Assembly (NCBI RefSeq): GCF_001194135.2
Contig: NC_068994.1
Span: forward strand, 2,601,143 to 2,665,142
Length of the DNA: 64,000 bases
Reading direction: 5' to 3'
Source: Octopus bimaculoides
Taxonomy: Eukaryota
Shown here piece after piece: positions 36,547-50,083 of this stretch (the stretch's first letter is position 1; every line of letters starts with the position of its first letter). A program made the position numbers and the translations under genes. The notes beneath the pieces are model-generated. The model did no database searches, was not told where the DNA came from, and saw nothing but the letters and a program-made list of their open reading frames with translations.

Positions 36547-36935
36547 TATACCAGAGTAAGCACATAAATGCAAAACAAGGTGGAAAAAATAGTACTTGAA
36601 TACCAGAGGTAGAGTAATATGCTTTATTAAAAAGCAACAGAAATATCACAAAAACTGTTACTCAGAGTTTCACATTCCCATTCGTAGGACAATTTTGTTT
36701 AGAATTGAACAGAAATTAGGTTATAAGCAAGCATATTTGCTTATAACCTTATTTCTGTTCTATTATATATGTGTATGTATGTATGTGTGTGTATGTATGT
36801 ATGTGTGTATGTATGTGTGTGTATGTATGTCATTTTTCAGTTTTATTTCAAGATTTCTAGCCAATAGAGAAAGAGCCAGTTTCTAACCTAGATCCAAGGC
36901 TCCTTCATTGGAATTTCAACAACATCAGCAGAGTA
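36547..36935. mobile_element. Probable non-autonomous element: unique block, 28-bp hairpin, (TATG)n microsatellite, second unique block
   Basis: Inverted arms 36703-36730 and 36737-36764 (2 mismatches), microsatellite 36765-36830, abrupt boundaries. Repeat status is inferred; no second copy was seen in this window. Confidence 0.4.
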
Positions 36936-37478
36936 TTTTTGTATGTATGTATGTATGTATGTATGTATGTGTGCAGATTTATATATTTTGTTTTATGTAT
37001 GTATTTTCATGCATATAGTATTCGCATGCATATAAATGATAAACTTGAAGGTTTTACTGGTTTTTGCAGTTCCAGTGATGATTTGGATCTGTAGTCTTCA
37101 AATCAGCTTTCTCCTATCTGGCTTTAAGAAGCATAATTCCTCAAAATTGGTAGTTAGGCAGTGTGTTACATATCCCAGGGCCCCAATAATTAATAAATTT
37201 TCTTTCTATTTGAAAATTGGTTATAAAACACGTGTAGTCATTTTATTGTCTTTATCTTATGATATTTACTTTGTATTATATTATACTTATTTATTGCACT
37301 TTTAATTATTAATTTTTTTATATGTGACAGTGGATTTTCATTGATGAGTTCATGAACCTTGGTTTTTTCCCTAAAACTATATATTTGTATATATTTTATA
37401 CTGTGAAACTTAATTTAATTTTAATTTTTAATAAATTGATTTTAATTGAGTTTTACCTGTAATTTTGGATTTTATCCC

Positions 37479-37512
<34 letters not shown>

Positions 37513-38994
37513 TATATCTTAAATGAATGTATTTCTGAGGTTTATATTTGGACTTGAGTCAATTGAGAATTTGAGAATTCCTTTCTTTTCTAAGTATATT
37601 ATTGGAGTGAACTGAACCCACCATGTTCTTGACTGCATGTAGCATTAGCTATTACTTAATGCCAGTTTCCTTTTGAGATTAGAAGAATGTGTATGTATGT
37701 GTTTGTCATTGTATGTGTAACAGAATGAATAGATTTACTCTATACTAAGTAACAATGCAGAACAGTTGTTTAAAGTGTCTTGCCTGTTCACTCACTTTAA
37801 AAAAAATTGGCGACAGTGTCAGGGAAAGAGAATCTTGGCACCAGAAAGCTGAGCTTGGTAAAAGACTGCCTCATGAATATTGATTTCATTTATCAATCAA
37901 TATCCATCAGGCTAGCACCTGGCTTCAGTTTCACAATTTCTTTTAATAAGATGCAATAGCATACTAATTGGACTTGACAGCAGTCTAGCATAGTTGAAAC
38001 ATGTTTAGGACAAATGATTTGTGTAGCTTGGTAGAGAGAAAAAGAGAAAAATATTTGCAGTGGTAGTCATTACTTACAATGCTTGGCTGAATGATTTCAT
38101 AATATCATGAAAATCTGATTTCTAAAGTAAAAGAAGGAAATGTTGTAGAGGTATTGCTAAATATAATGATAGAATTAAATTTCTAGGACCACTGAAACAT
38201 TTCTCAGATCCAATTTCTGATTGCTAAAAACCAAAAGTGATCAGAATATATCTAAGCTATTCTACAGAGTGAAACTATCCTGATATTCATTTATCAATCA
38301 AATCTCTTCATACAGAATTTAGAATGAAAATAACTGCAATTGTTTTATACATTGGTTTCATTTCTGATGCAGTATGCTATTTTAAATCCTGTAATCTATG
38401 AGATTCTTTCTTGACAAGTTTATTAATTGCATTTCATTAAGTTACAAGTGAAATAGAAAAGAAAATCTTTTGACCCTTGGTCTCATCATTTGAGACTTTA
38501 TTTGTTACAACACAAATGGTTATACAATCACTTTGGAAAATAATGATCCAATGAGGGAGCTTTTATGCTCTTACTCAACCTGCTAGAAATAGCTGCCAAA
38601 TCGCATTCCAGTTATATCCTACCTTACGGGGGTGGGGATGTATGAATGCATTGGATAAGGCAGTCTTAGATACTACATAATCTAATGTATCGGATATTGT
38701 ATTCCTAATTTTTGGAAATCAGAGAGTTAAATTTTATTTACATTACTACTGATTTATAAGTGAGTAATACATCCATTTAAATGGTATTTAAAATTAGTTT
38801 CTGAAGACAGTGATATTGAGCTGAATTCCGCACTAAACTTAACAACTTAGTTCTCAATTTGTGCTACATTTTCTTCACTTTCATCATAGTTATTTGTTGA
38901 TGAGGAACCTTATCTTATAATTAGTAAAATGAGCATTCATGTAATGAAGTCGGCCAAGAAATTTCAATTATACATGCACATGCACACACATACA

Positions 38995-39120
38995 TATACA
39001 AGAAGCCTTGTATATTTTCCATCTACCAAATTTGCTCACAAGGTATTGGGTCGCCTAGGGCTACATTGGAACACACCTGCTCAAGCTATAATGCAATGGG
39101 ACCAAACTTCTTAACCACAA
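38995..39120 (-). mobile_element. SINE family A copy (degenerate)
   Basis: 'ttttccatctaccaaatttgctcacaagg...ggtcgcctagggcta...acacctgctcaag...aatgggacc', similar to 49910-50045. Confidence 0.65.
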
Positions 39121-41970
39121 TGTCATACCAAATTCAGTGCATGTGGGAGAGTGAGCAAGAAAGAGAGGGAAATTGGAAAATGATTTGTGAAATATAATAA
39201 AAACAAAATGGAAATAAACCAAGCTTTCTGAAAAGTGTTAGAATCCAATTTTGTAAGATCTACATGAAGAGGCCAAGTCTTTGTTTTGTTACTGTATTTG
39301 TTGAATGCTGAGTTGGCACAACTTCAAACATTCACCAGTGTCCTTTGAAATGAAACTCTTTGCATTGTTTTGTTGAAGTTATTTACATTATTCTGAATGA
39401 AAGAGAAACTGGTCTTATATAATCAACTAAATGCATTTAAAAGTATTTGGTATTTTCAAAAATCAGAAATAACAGTGTAATCTATCCTCCCTTTCTGCAG
39501 AATATTATGTCTTTGTCACAATGAATGCAAAAAGAAATTTTCTGGTAGTAATTAGCATTGCAATAGTAACAACATTTATAACACATTGCATTATATCAAT
39601 CTGAAAAACAATCTGAAAAATATGTTTTGTTTTTTAAGTATTTCTTAACTGTGTTTAACTAATTGTTTCAGACAAGGAGTAGTCATGTACAAAATATTCT
39701 CTGTGCATTGGCTGGATAAAATGTGTTTTGATGTGAGAATCAGTGCAACACTAAATATAATTACAACTTGATTACATGTTATATTAACAACCACATTTGT
39801 GGCATCCCATCAAAAGCAATAGAGGAGAAGATTAAGTTTATCTTATCTTTGAAAACTATTGTAGCCAATTCATACATGGATCCAATATTTGATAGAGTCG
39901 GCTCAGTGAAAAGATAAAGGTAATAGAAGACATATTTTTTCAGCATATAAATAGCTGTTTGCTGATATGAATGATTCACCAAAAAGATATTGGTATAAAA
40001 TAAACAAGTACAATGCTGAAACAACTTTATGGATAACTAGGATAGAAGTAAGACAATATTTTAATTTCAATATTTTTTTCACTAAATTCTGGTTGAATTT
40101 TGGAAATATGAATTATAGTCTGGTAAATTAGAAAATGACATTGAAAACAAAATTGTTTTTACTTATATTTTTATTGTCAGGCCAAGATTTAATTATTGCT
40201 TGATGTTCTGTAAATTGTAAATGTATATTTGAAGCCTAGCAGAGGAGTTGAAACCAAACAAAAGTAAAGGAAATGCAAGTAAACAGGAATCTTACAAATT
40301 ATTTTGATACTGAAGCAAAGTCAGTTCATGGGATCCATGGCTCAATTCCATAAGAAGTGTTAGATATCTTATGTCAATGGAGCAAGCTTTCACTGTTTCA
40401 AACATAACTCCTTATCTTACCACTTTATACAGAATATATTCAGTTCTTCTGAAGCAAGACTATTGATAAACATTGTAGCTAGTGTATATTTCTTAAAATC
40501 TTTATCATCATTCTCATCAATGCTTTTATATTTGATTGTTGAAGTTCGATGTGTCAGCCATTCGGCATATCAACACTGATTGCAATTCTTTGTTACATTA
40601 TCAGTGAGGTCCAGCATCCACAGATCTAGCCTCACATATTTTTCATAATCTTCTCTTGTTATTACTTCCATCCCTGTAAGGTGGTGAGCTGGCAGAATTG
40701 TTAGAATGCCTAACAAAATGCTTCATGGCATTTCTCACTCATTGTTTGCTATAAGTCACCTGTCCAGGACATACTGTTTTTGTCTCTGATGCTAGCTTCT
40801 CTCCTAGCTTACTTATGCTTCACCTTCCATGCAAATTAATGTAACATAGCTGTTGAACCATACCCACCTGATTACTCTCCAGTCTCTATGGGGTCCTATA
40901 TTTTGAAAACCATCTGAACATTATTCATTGATTCATTTCATTGATGTTTACTACTAACTACTTTAGCATATTTATTTGGCATATAAATTAGAATTTTAGT
41001 CCTTGCCACTACAACTTTTAGACTATTCTCTTTCATTTTGAAAATTTTTTGAAATTCTTGATAAACTGAATTATCAGAGCCAGGTAATCAGCATATAAAA
41101 GTTCTTAAGTATAGCTGAACTCCAATATATGACCTCATGATCTATAATTGGTATTGAGAACATAATTTTATCTGCAGTTTCATGTATACATTAAATTCTT
41201 CGGTGAACCTGCTACAGATTTTGACTTTGCTTATATCACTCTTGTGCATGACTTCAATTGATATCGTGTACCTAGTGTTCTAAGTACTCACCAAATTATG
41301 GAGAGCTGAATACCTTTTTTAGGTTATTGAATATGAAACAAAGTTGTTTGCTTTTCAATAAGAACTTAGATTAAAATATAACATGGTTATTTTTTAAGCC
41401 AGTTCTAATACCAACATCATATTTTGCTATTAAACTAGTATTCTTCAAAGCAGTTTTGAAATTGAATAAATTTTTAATAATATATAACTTGAATAATGCA
41501 TTCATGAAACTAGAAAAATGTTTAATTCAATAAACATTTTTGTCTCATCGATAAATTTAATACCTAATTTTGAAATTTTTTTATCCTTCAAAGTAGTTTG
41601 CAAGTTTTTGAAAATATATTTTTTATCTAGTTTGATCATTTCTTTGTTGCATACATGTTTCACCCTTCTATAGTTTGTCTGGCCTGTTTAGAATAATTCA
41701 GTAACTTACCAATTTTTCACAATTGCATTCTTGTGACTCACACAAATATTATTCTCATCTCCCAAGATGCACTGCCACATCTTCAAGACCAAATTTCTAA
41801 AGAAGGGATAGTTTCATAATTGATGAGAAACTTGACAATCCTATCAAATGATTGATTTTCTATTCAGTCTAATTACACACATGTGCACAATCATATGCAT
41901 AAACACCTACACACACTCACATAGCACACCACACCACAATAACACAACACACTAAAATACACACACACAC

Positions 41971-42041
<71 letters not shown>

Positions 42042-42849
42042 TCACATAGCACACTTTATTACACACAAACACATTTTCTGAGCAAAACGATGATGAAATG
42101 TATAATTTGTAATTTAAAATTTTATTTTGACAAAATTCACCCTGTTTTTTTCCCCAACAGCAATCTTCCTCCAATATTCATCCCTTGAAGATAAAGGATA
42201 AATTAGCTTAGAACAATGTATAAATTAAATTAAACATTTTTCATCATCAATTTGCCATGATGCTCTCTATCTCTTTTATTTCTGAGTAATTAATGACAAA
42301 CAGCTGCGTGCAAGCATATGAATGTGGCTGTATATGTGTGTGCAAGTGTGTATGTGTGTGTGATTAACTGTATGGATGTGAATATAAAGGTGTGTATGTT
42401 TGAATGTTAGCTACAATTCTTCATTTGTGCAAATGAAGTTGAAGATACTGTGATACATATTGTTATTGTTGTTATTATTATCATTTTATTGTCATTATTA
42501 TTACCATAGATACTACTACTACTACTAGAAACAATTACTGCTGTTGTTGTTATTGATGCTATTGTCATTTTTTTTAATTATAAAATTGGGTTTTCATGAA
42601 GTAAATTCCCTCAATATTTTCAGATAAGAAAATATAAAATAAAATTATCAAAAAAAAAAAAAAGGATCTTTAATCAATGAGAAAATTTTCATTCCAAAAA
42701 TGATTAAAAGTGAAATGCTTTCTAAAAATTAATGGGAGCAGATGATTTATTTCCTGCACACAATATGATCACTTACATTAGGCTTGAGTAGTAACTACTG
42801 TTGAAGGGCTGAATTAGTAGACTCCCTTAATGCCATCTCCTATACAAAA

Positions 42850-42900
42850 GAATTGACCCATGATTTTAGGCCTATGTCTGTCACTCCTGTATTGATCTCT
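42850..42900 (+). mobile_element. Very short, old LINE RT remnant (CR1/L2-like)
   Basis: ELTHDFRPMSVTPVL resembles the RT N-terminal motif DxRPISxTPxL; too short to classify. Confidence 0.35.
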
Positions 42901-43462
42901 TGTTGTCAACAATATTTCAAAGTCATTATATCATGGAAATAGCAGCCATGGCATTAGTGCAGGCTGGAAGGATAGCCGTTAATTAAAACTGACAAATGAA
43001 GCATTTACTGTCTCAAAGGCCTGGAGCAAGCTGATTTGCAGTCAACTCAGTCTAGGTTGTTAGGACATTATTTATGATGTTCAAACTCTACTGCAGTTGA
43101 GTTAACATTGAAAAATAGGAGTTACGATGATGAAAATGATAATTTGAAGCTTCTTGAATCCCATGTCAGGAAGGAAATAATAATGATAATGATGATGTTG
43201 GGTAGTAACAACAATGATGACATAGCATTTGATAAATGTTTAACTTTCATTTTTTGATTCTACAGTAGATAGAAGTGGGCAAAGCACTTTAATGGACATG
43301 CTTCAAAGCACCCAGCTGTTGGAAATAGGATCCCCAGCTAGTGAACAATATTAGCAACAATAAATTTGTATACCAACCATTGGGGCAGTAATTTCTCATC
43401 ATGTGATTAACACTACAGAAACCAGGTTTCAGCACTATCCAATGGACTCCTGTAGTTTCTGA

Positions 43463-43498
<36 letters not shown>

Positions 43499-44054
43499 AT
43501 ACATACATACATACACACACACGCATACCCATATACATGAGGTCATCATCATCATCAGCAGCAGCAGCATTTTTGTGTACTTTCCATGGTGACATGAATT
43601 GGAGAGGTCATCATGGTCTGAGTTGTTACTGACAGTCATTATTACTCTTATAGACTGTTGCTTGTACATGCCATTTTGGCTTGGTTTCTACAGCCAGGTG
43701 CATTTTCACATGGCACCAGTATTAGAGAGGTTGTCATACCTCAGTAAGGCAAAACTAAAAGGTCCTCTTAATTCTACACTCATTCTCCATTCATATACCA
43801 ACCACTTTACATTGTGCATTTTGTGCATTTTCTAGTGACACCAAAACTAGAGAAGTTGTCAAATGCTTAATGAAACACAAGTAAAGAGACCTCCCAACCT
43901 TACTTTTCCTCTGCTTGCTCACCAACCACTTCAGAGAGTATGTTAGGAGGAAGATTTTGCTGTAGCACCAATACAGCAGGAGATGTCTTGTACACTGTAG
44001 GTGTAGTGAGAACACAGTACCCTAAGACTTGTTCTTTCACTCAGGTAATATAAT

Positions 44055-44079
44055 CAGGGACAGGAAGAGGAGAGAGAGG

Positions 44080-44112
<33 letters not shown>

Positions 44113-44560
44113 CGAGCAATGACAGAAAAATGGCCAGATGGGAGAATGGGTGGGTAAAATGTACAAGAATATGATGGTAGAGACACAATGACTTCGGTGG
44201 AAATAGGTGGGGGGAGTGATGGGCAACACAGAGGGGAACAAAGACAAGAGCAGGTGGTGGATAACAGAAGAAGTGGCTCAAGAGCGAGAGACTGATGACT
44301 ACCAGTAGAGAAAGGGGAGCAGTTGGAGTGTACTGGGTACAAACAGTTCAATACAGTCTCTCACACAGAGGCTGAATGATGAGAGAGAGAGAGAGAGAGA
44401 GAGGTAGGTAGAGTGATGAAGGTGGTGGTGGTGGTGGGTTGGGGAGACTATGTGGGTAAGCTTCATACCGTTTGGCATTATGTGAGCTGCATGGGGGTGG
44501 TGGTGCTGGAATGAATGATGAAAGGATATGAGAGATGGACAAATGAGGGAAATGATGGAG
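44055..44560. repeat. Purine-rich low-complexity tract with (GA)n and (GGT)n
   Basis: About 500 nt strongly skewed to G/A on the + strand. Confidence 0.8.
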
Positions 44561-44627
44561 AGATGCGGATTATACTCGAGGACTTACAATATATATATAT
44601 ATATATATACACGTGTGTGTGTGCCTC

Positions 44628-44675
<48 letters not shown>

Positions 44676-44731
44676 TACATACAAGCTGTACCAGACTCCA
44701 TTGCTTACTTCAGCATGGTCTTTATCGTTGG

Positions 44732-44765
<34 letters not shown>

Positions 44766-46976
44766 TCACACATGTATATATATATATATTATTCTGTTTA
44801 TTTCTAATGTTGCTATGTAAATTCAAGTATAAGATAAAAGAAGGTATTCAGAATAATACAAAAGTAACAATTTCAAGCTGGAGTCGTCTATTAAAGTCAT
44901 TCATTGGCTTCTTGTACTTTGCACTTTGTATCCTTCCTTTCATATAATATAAACCTGTTATTCAAGTAAAACCTTTGCAAGCACTTCATAGTAATTTACA
45001 AATATCCTTGTCTTAGAATGTAACCAAAATGTAGATCTCATAACTCCTTGTATGTCTGTGGTTATATGCCTAAATAAGACATTTGTATTTGTAACGCAAA
45101 TAATGATTATATTTCTTTTCTAGTTTCTCTAAATGCCCCAAAAGAATTTTATGCAGTTATGTGAAACTGCTATATTCTTCCATCTTACTCATGAAAAGCT
45201 AAAGATAACTCAAAGATATATCCAATACATTATTGGTGATATCTTTTTATTCATCTATATATTAGTTCAATGGTTTTGAGGGAAAAACAAAATATGATTT
45301 ACATAATGTGTTTCCATATCATTTCTTTTTGAACCTGACATAGTATAAAACATGGAATATTCTAGCTAGTCTCCTATCTCTATGTATTTCATCATGTATC
45401 ATTATTTTCTTATAAACTTTAATGTATCTATCTATACACTGAAATGGCATCAGTGCTTGTGATGGAAGTTGTGGTGATGGTGTGGCTGCTCAAAATACAT
45501 TAGTAATGGCCAAATGGTAGTCATTTTTTCTCCCTAATCTCTACAGATCTTTACTGAATAAAAATGCATCTAAGAGAAAAGAAAGAAGAGAAAAAAACAA
45601 CCATTTGTAAAAACAAGTAAGATGTATGCTGCTTATCTATGGTTATGCATTTCTTGGAAGCTAGGAAAATAAATGAATATAGCTATAACGTTCTGTATGT
45701 TTTATTAGCTGAACTACATCATGATATAGTGGTTGCCATTACTTTAGGTATATTGGGGTGGAAATGGGATAAAAGTGTGACATCCAATCAGATGTTCTCT
45801 ATGTTGTGGATGGCTTTAGATTGCCTGCTGACCCAAATGACATGTTTACGCTTCAGTCATTTTTATCCATCTTCCTTGATTGTGACACTTCTGATATCTG
45901 ACATGCATCTCAAACTCCAAGGAATTTGGTCAACCATTACAGATATGGAAAAAATATCTTTTCCTTGTTATCGATCATGCAGAGAATATTGTGAAGAATT
46001 CCATTTGCTTTTATCAATTATTATAGCAGAAGATTTAGTAGAAGAGCAATTAACCAAAACTGAATTGAAGCCAATACTAACCTAAATAAAAATATTTATG
46101 AAATACCTTTCTTTGCAGAAGATAAACATTTTACTGTCTGATAGCATCAGATGGCATTTTTTTCACTTTCTACATGAAGCTAAAACTGTCATATGATACT
46201 GAAACATTAAATGCAAGATGTCTGAAAAGAAGAAGAGATATATAAATTTCATAACTACATATCTCAATTTTGAACACACGCACACAAACACACACATGCA
46301 TTGGCACATGTGCATGTGAGTACTCACATGCAAACAGTTTATAATAAGTGCTTTTGTTATGTGTCAATAAATCGAATGTTTAATGAAATGATTTAAACAT
46401 TTGCATATGAATTGAAGCAGTTATTTCTATAGCTTAGTACTGTTTTACTAATATTTCCAAATTATATATGTAAACAGTGTGCAACCTTTGTGAGGACAAC
46501 TCAGCTCCCAAATGAAAGCAATTCTGCATGCAGCGTCTGGGCATGCAAGGTCACATTAAGGACACAGTCTCTAACTAACGTGGTTGGGTCTTAGGCACCA
46601 TAAATTAGGAGGTTAATGTACACGCAATATCATGGTTTGTAATTAATAGCTGAAGAATATTTGTATGGGCTTCGTCTATGCTTAGAAGGAAGACTTTGAT
46701 ACTGAAGCTAAAAGAAAATAGCTGAATAGTTACTCAGGATTTAACATAATTTAGCATACTTTTGTAATAAACATAGAGTATTCCAAACGGTTTTTATTCC
46801 CAAAAATTGCTACCTATGGAACTACAGGAACAAGCTATTATCACTACCACTTAGACAATGCAGTTTCAAGTCTACATTGATTCATCCATTTAATACAACC
46901 TACTTATATCATTTCAGTAGCTGTTTTTCCAGTTTGAACAGAAACAATGTGTGGACCATGCGGGCAGTCATACATA

Positions 46977-47455
46977 CCCCTGGAAAGGGGGAGTTTCTCC
47001 CCCCCCCCCCCCCCCCCCCCACCGAGCCCCATTACTCATTATGTGAAATATTTTAAGAGTCTAAAACCATCTCTGGAACATAAGTAATGTATTTTTTCAG
47101 TTTGGAGAAAATCAGTTATGAACTTCAGAAGTTCTGTGGGTTTACACACACACATCCTCAGTTGTATATATATATATATATACACAGTAGAGGTAGAGAA
47201 ATTAACATAAGTATGTCATCAAGAGTAATGTCTCTTGAACCAACAAAGCAACCAAGTTATGCAATTGTTCATAGTGTCTATCCAGAAAAGGGGGTTTCCT
47301 GACCCCAGGGGACCCATTACTCATTATGTGTAAACTTTTAAGAGCCTAAAACCATCTCTGGAACATAAGTAATGTATGCTCCCAGTTTGGAGAAAATTAG
47401 TTGGAAACTTCAGAAATTCTGAGGGTTTAAACACACACACACGCATCCACAGTTT
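46977..47455. repeat. Direct repeat of ~180 bp (46977-47165 and 47281-47455), possibly two Helitron-like non-autonomous copies
   Basis: Shared 'cccattactcattatgtg...ctaaaaccatctctggaacataagtaatgtat...cagtttggagaaaat...aacttcagaa.ttctg.gggttta.acacacacac..atcc.cagtt'; period ~285 nt. Confidence 0.85.
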
Positions 47456-48374
47456 TTGGTAGGTATATTAAGGGTTCTAACAAAAGATAGCTATAGTTTC
47501 ACACCCAAGTTGCCAGCTTTCACTTCAGCAGACAATATTAGAGGACAAATGTGTCCTTTCATGAAAACAGGTCAAAATTAGTAAAAGTTATTAAATATTC
47601 CTAAATATATTAAAGTTATTAAAATATAAAATAGAATACTATGGAATGTTTAGAGTGAAACTGGATTTTCGACAGATAAATTGCATCTATCCATACCAGC
47701 AATGTCTTCCACCACAACAAATAAATGTGAAATAAAAACACTAAAGTGTATAATAATGTTCTTTTATGGAAACAATATCATAATTTGTAATTATAATACT
47801 AGCTATAAAAATGATATCTGAAATTATAATGTAAACAATATCCATAGCATTAAGTAAAAATTACCCTTGCTACAAACTGTGCAATTCCCCAGTCGCTATA
47901 ATTTAACATATGTGTTCTGTTAATTTAGGCAGATTTTCAGTTTAATGGCTGTTAGCTGTGAAAACATAATTTCCCAAGAGAGTATAGTCCAGCAATATTC
48001 TGTGATTCACAACCACATTTTAAATTATTCTTTTAAGATCTGCTTGATTATGTTAAAACTGTCAAGCTTGACATGATTTAGGATGCTACATTTATAGAAT
48101 AAATGGCAAAGAAAATGATTACATGAAGTCAGAAATCACAGGAAACTAATATATTTTTGATCATCACATGTGTTTGTGCGTATGTGTATATACATAAGCT
48201 CACTTACATCCAGATACATAATATCTATGCATATTATCATCATCATTTGAGTTATTGCTTTTGCTATGCTGGTATGGGTTGAATGAGACTTCTTGTGACA
48301 GATTTTAAGTTAGATGCCAACTTACTGCCAACCCTTACTTGTTTTCAAGTAAGATATTTCATTCAATATCTACA

Positions 48375-48490
48375 TGCTTTAAGGCAGCAAGCTGACAGAC
48401 TTTGTTAGAATGCCAGACAAAATGCTTAGAAGCATTACATTCTGAGTTCAAATTCTGCCAATGCTGACTTTACGTTTCATCCTTGGATGA
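48375..48490 (+). mobile_element. SINE family B copy (partial)
   Basis: 'aaggcagcaagctgacagactttgttagaatgccagac...ttctgagttcaaattctgcc...ctttacgtttcatcc'. Confidence 0.75.
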
Positions 48491-48718
48491 AGTAGATAGT
48501 CTGCTACTATAATGCTAGGCTGACCAAAGCCTTGTATGTGGATTTGGCTGAAGGAAACTTAAATAAACCCATCATATGTATGTATATATGTATGTATGTA
48601 CATACGTACGTACGTATGTACACACACCCTTGTATTATGTAGTGGTTGGAATGGTGGGCACTAATTTACAACTTGTAACATCATATAATGTTCCTATACA
48701 GTATGGAAAACAAACTCC

Positions 48719-49185
48719 ATGATTGGTAATGATGATGATGATGATTACGATGATGGTGATAGTGGTGGTGGTAGTGATGATATCATTGGTAGGAGAGTGG
48801 TTGGGATAATGATAAAGGGGAAGATGCTGAGTGTGAGGATGAAGATGATAAGAGCATATTTGTTGATATTGGAGATGATAATGGTAGTGGCAAAACCATC
48901 ACTTGTGAGAATGGAACACTTATAATATGGTCCCAGTTGTGATGATAGTTATTAGTTCGAGATGATGCTGATAGTTGTGATGATTGTTGCATCATAGCAG
49001 TGGTATTAGGTAGTGGTGATATTGGTGATTAAAGTGGTAGTGTAGGAGATGATGTTAAGTTATAATGGTGTTAGTGTTTTGGTAGAATGGTGTTGGTGGT
49101 GTTAGAGGTGATAACGATAGTGGTGATGGGGATAGTGTTGATGGTGCTACTAGATGTGATGGTGATAGTGGAGATGGAGACCTCG
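48719..49185. repeat. Degenerate (GAT/GGT)n trinucleotide low-complexity region
   Basis: Seen directly; explains the ORF-track calls at 48719 and 48783. Confidence 0.85.
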
Positions 49186-49909
49186 TGCAAAATTAACTCT
49201 TCAAAAAGACTTCATTAGTTAATCAATTGTTCTGTTGTTTATTGTATCTTAATGTCCATAAAGTGTAGAATGCTTAGAATGAATATTGTAAAGTAGGTTA
49301 AAATGTTCACTGATAACTCTAGATTGTAGACTACTTCAGTTATTGGTTTCCAATATTAAAGAAAATAGGTTCAAATCTCTGATAGCAGCTCAGGCTTTGA
49401 AAAAAAAATCAATGTTTTCTGCTACTAGCTTTAAATACTGTGACCCCTGCCAAATAGCTAGTAACTCTACATTTAAGTTAATAACTTTGCTTTTAAATTC
49501 TCAATATCATAAAATATGTGTTTTATATCTCTGAAATATAATCAAAAATAAAGAACATTATTTAGAGGTTGGATGTGGAAGTTGAAAGATAGAATTTCTT
49601 ATTTGCTTTATCAATAACTTAGTGTTTATTATTTTGATAATGTTTTATGGTTTTGAGGTTAACAATGTTTTATTGACTCGTTGATCAAACTAATGTTTGA
49701 CTGGTATTAAAGTTGAAGGTTAGAGAGAATATAATTGCAAATAATAGAGAGAATATAACAAAATATACAAGAGACATGAGGCTAAAGGAACTCCCCTAAT
49801 GATCAGAGATAACGTGGCTTTGATTTCAAGATGTAGCCATTCCACTTGGTATGAATGTCACAATTTCATATCCATTCTCTTATAACTTTGTACCAATATA
49901 ACAAATTTA

Positions 49910-50040
49910 TATGTTAGTTTGCATCTACCAAATCCACTCACAAGGCTTTGGTCAGCCTGAGGCTATAGCAGAAGACACTTGCCCAAGGTGTCATGCAGTG
50001 GGACTGAACCCCAAATCATGTGGTTGGGAAGCAAGCTTCT

Positions 50041-50045
<5 letters not shown>
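49910..50045 (-). mobile_element. SINE family A, well-preserved copy
   Basis: Reverse complement: 'agtaagaagcttgcttcccaaccacatgatttggggttcagtcccactgcatgacaccttgggcaagtgtcttctgctatagcctcaggctgaccaaagccttgtgagtggatttggtagatgcaaact', i.e. tRNA-like head, CORE-like block and 3' tail. Confidence 0.85.

Positions 50046-50083
<38 letters not shown>

Noticed and set aside
45639-46085. 148-aa ORF in apparently unique sequence
   Set aside because: No recognisable domain, splice signals or paralog; plausibly chance or a decayed TE. A BLASTX or RNA-seq check would settle it.
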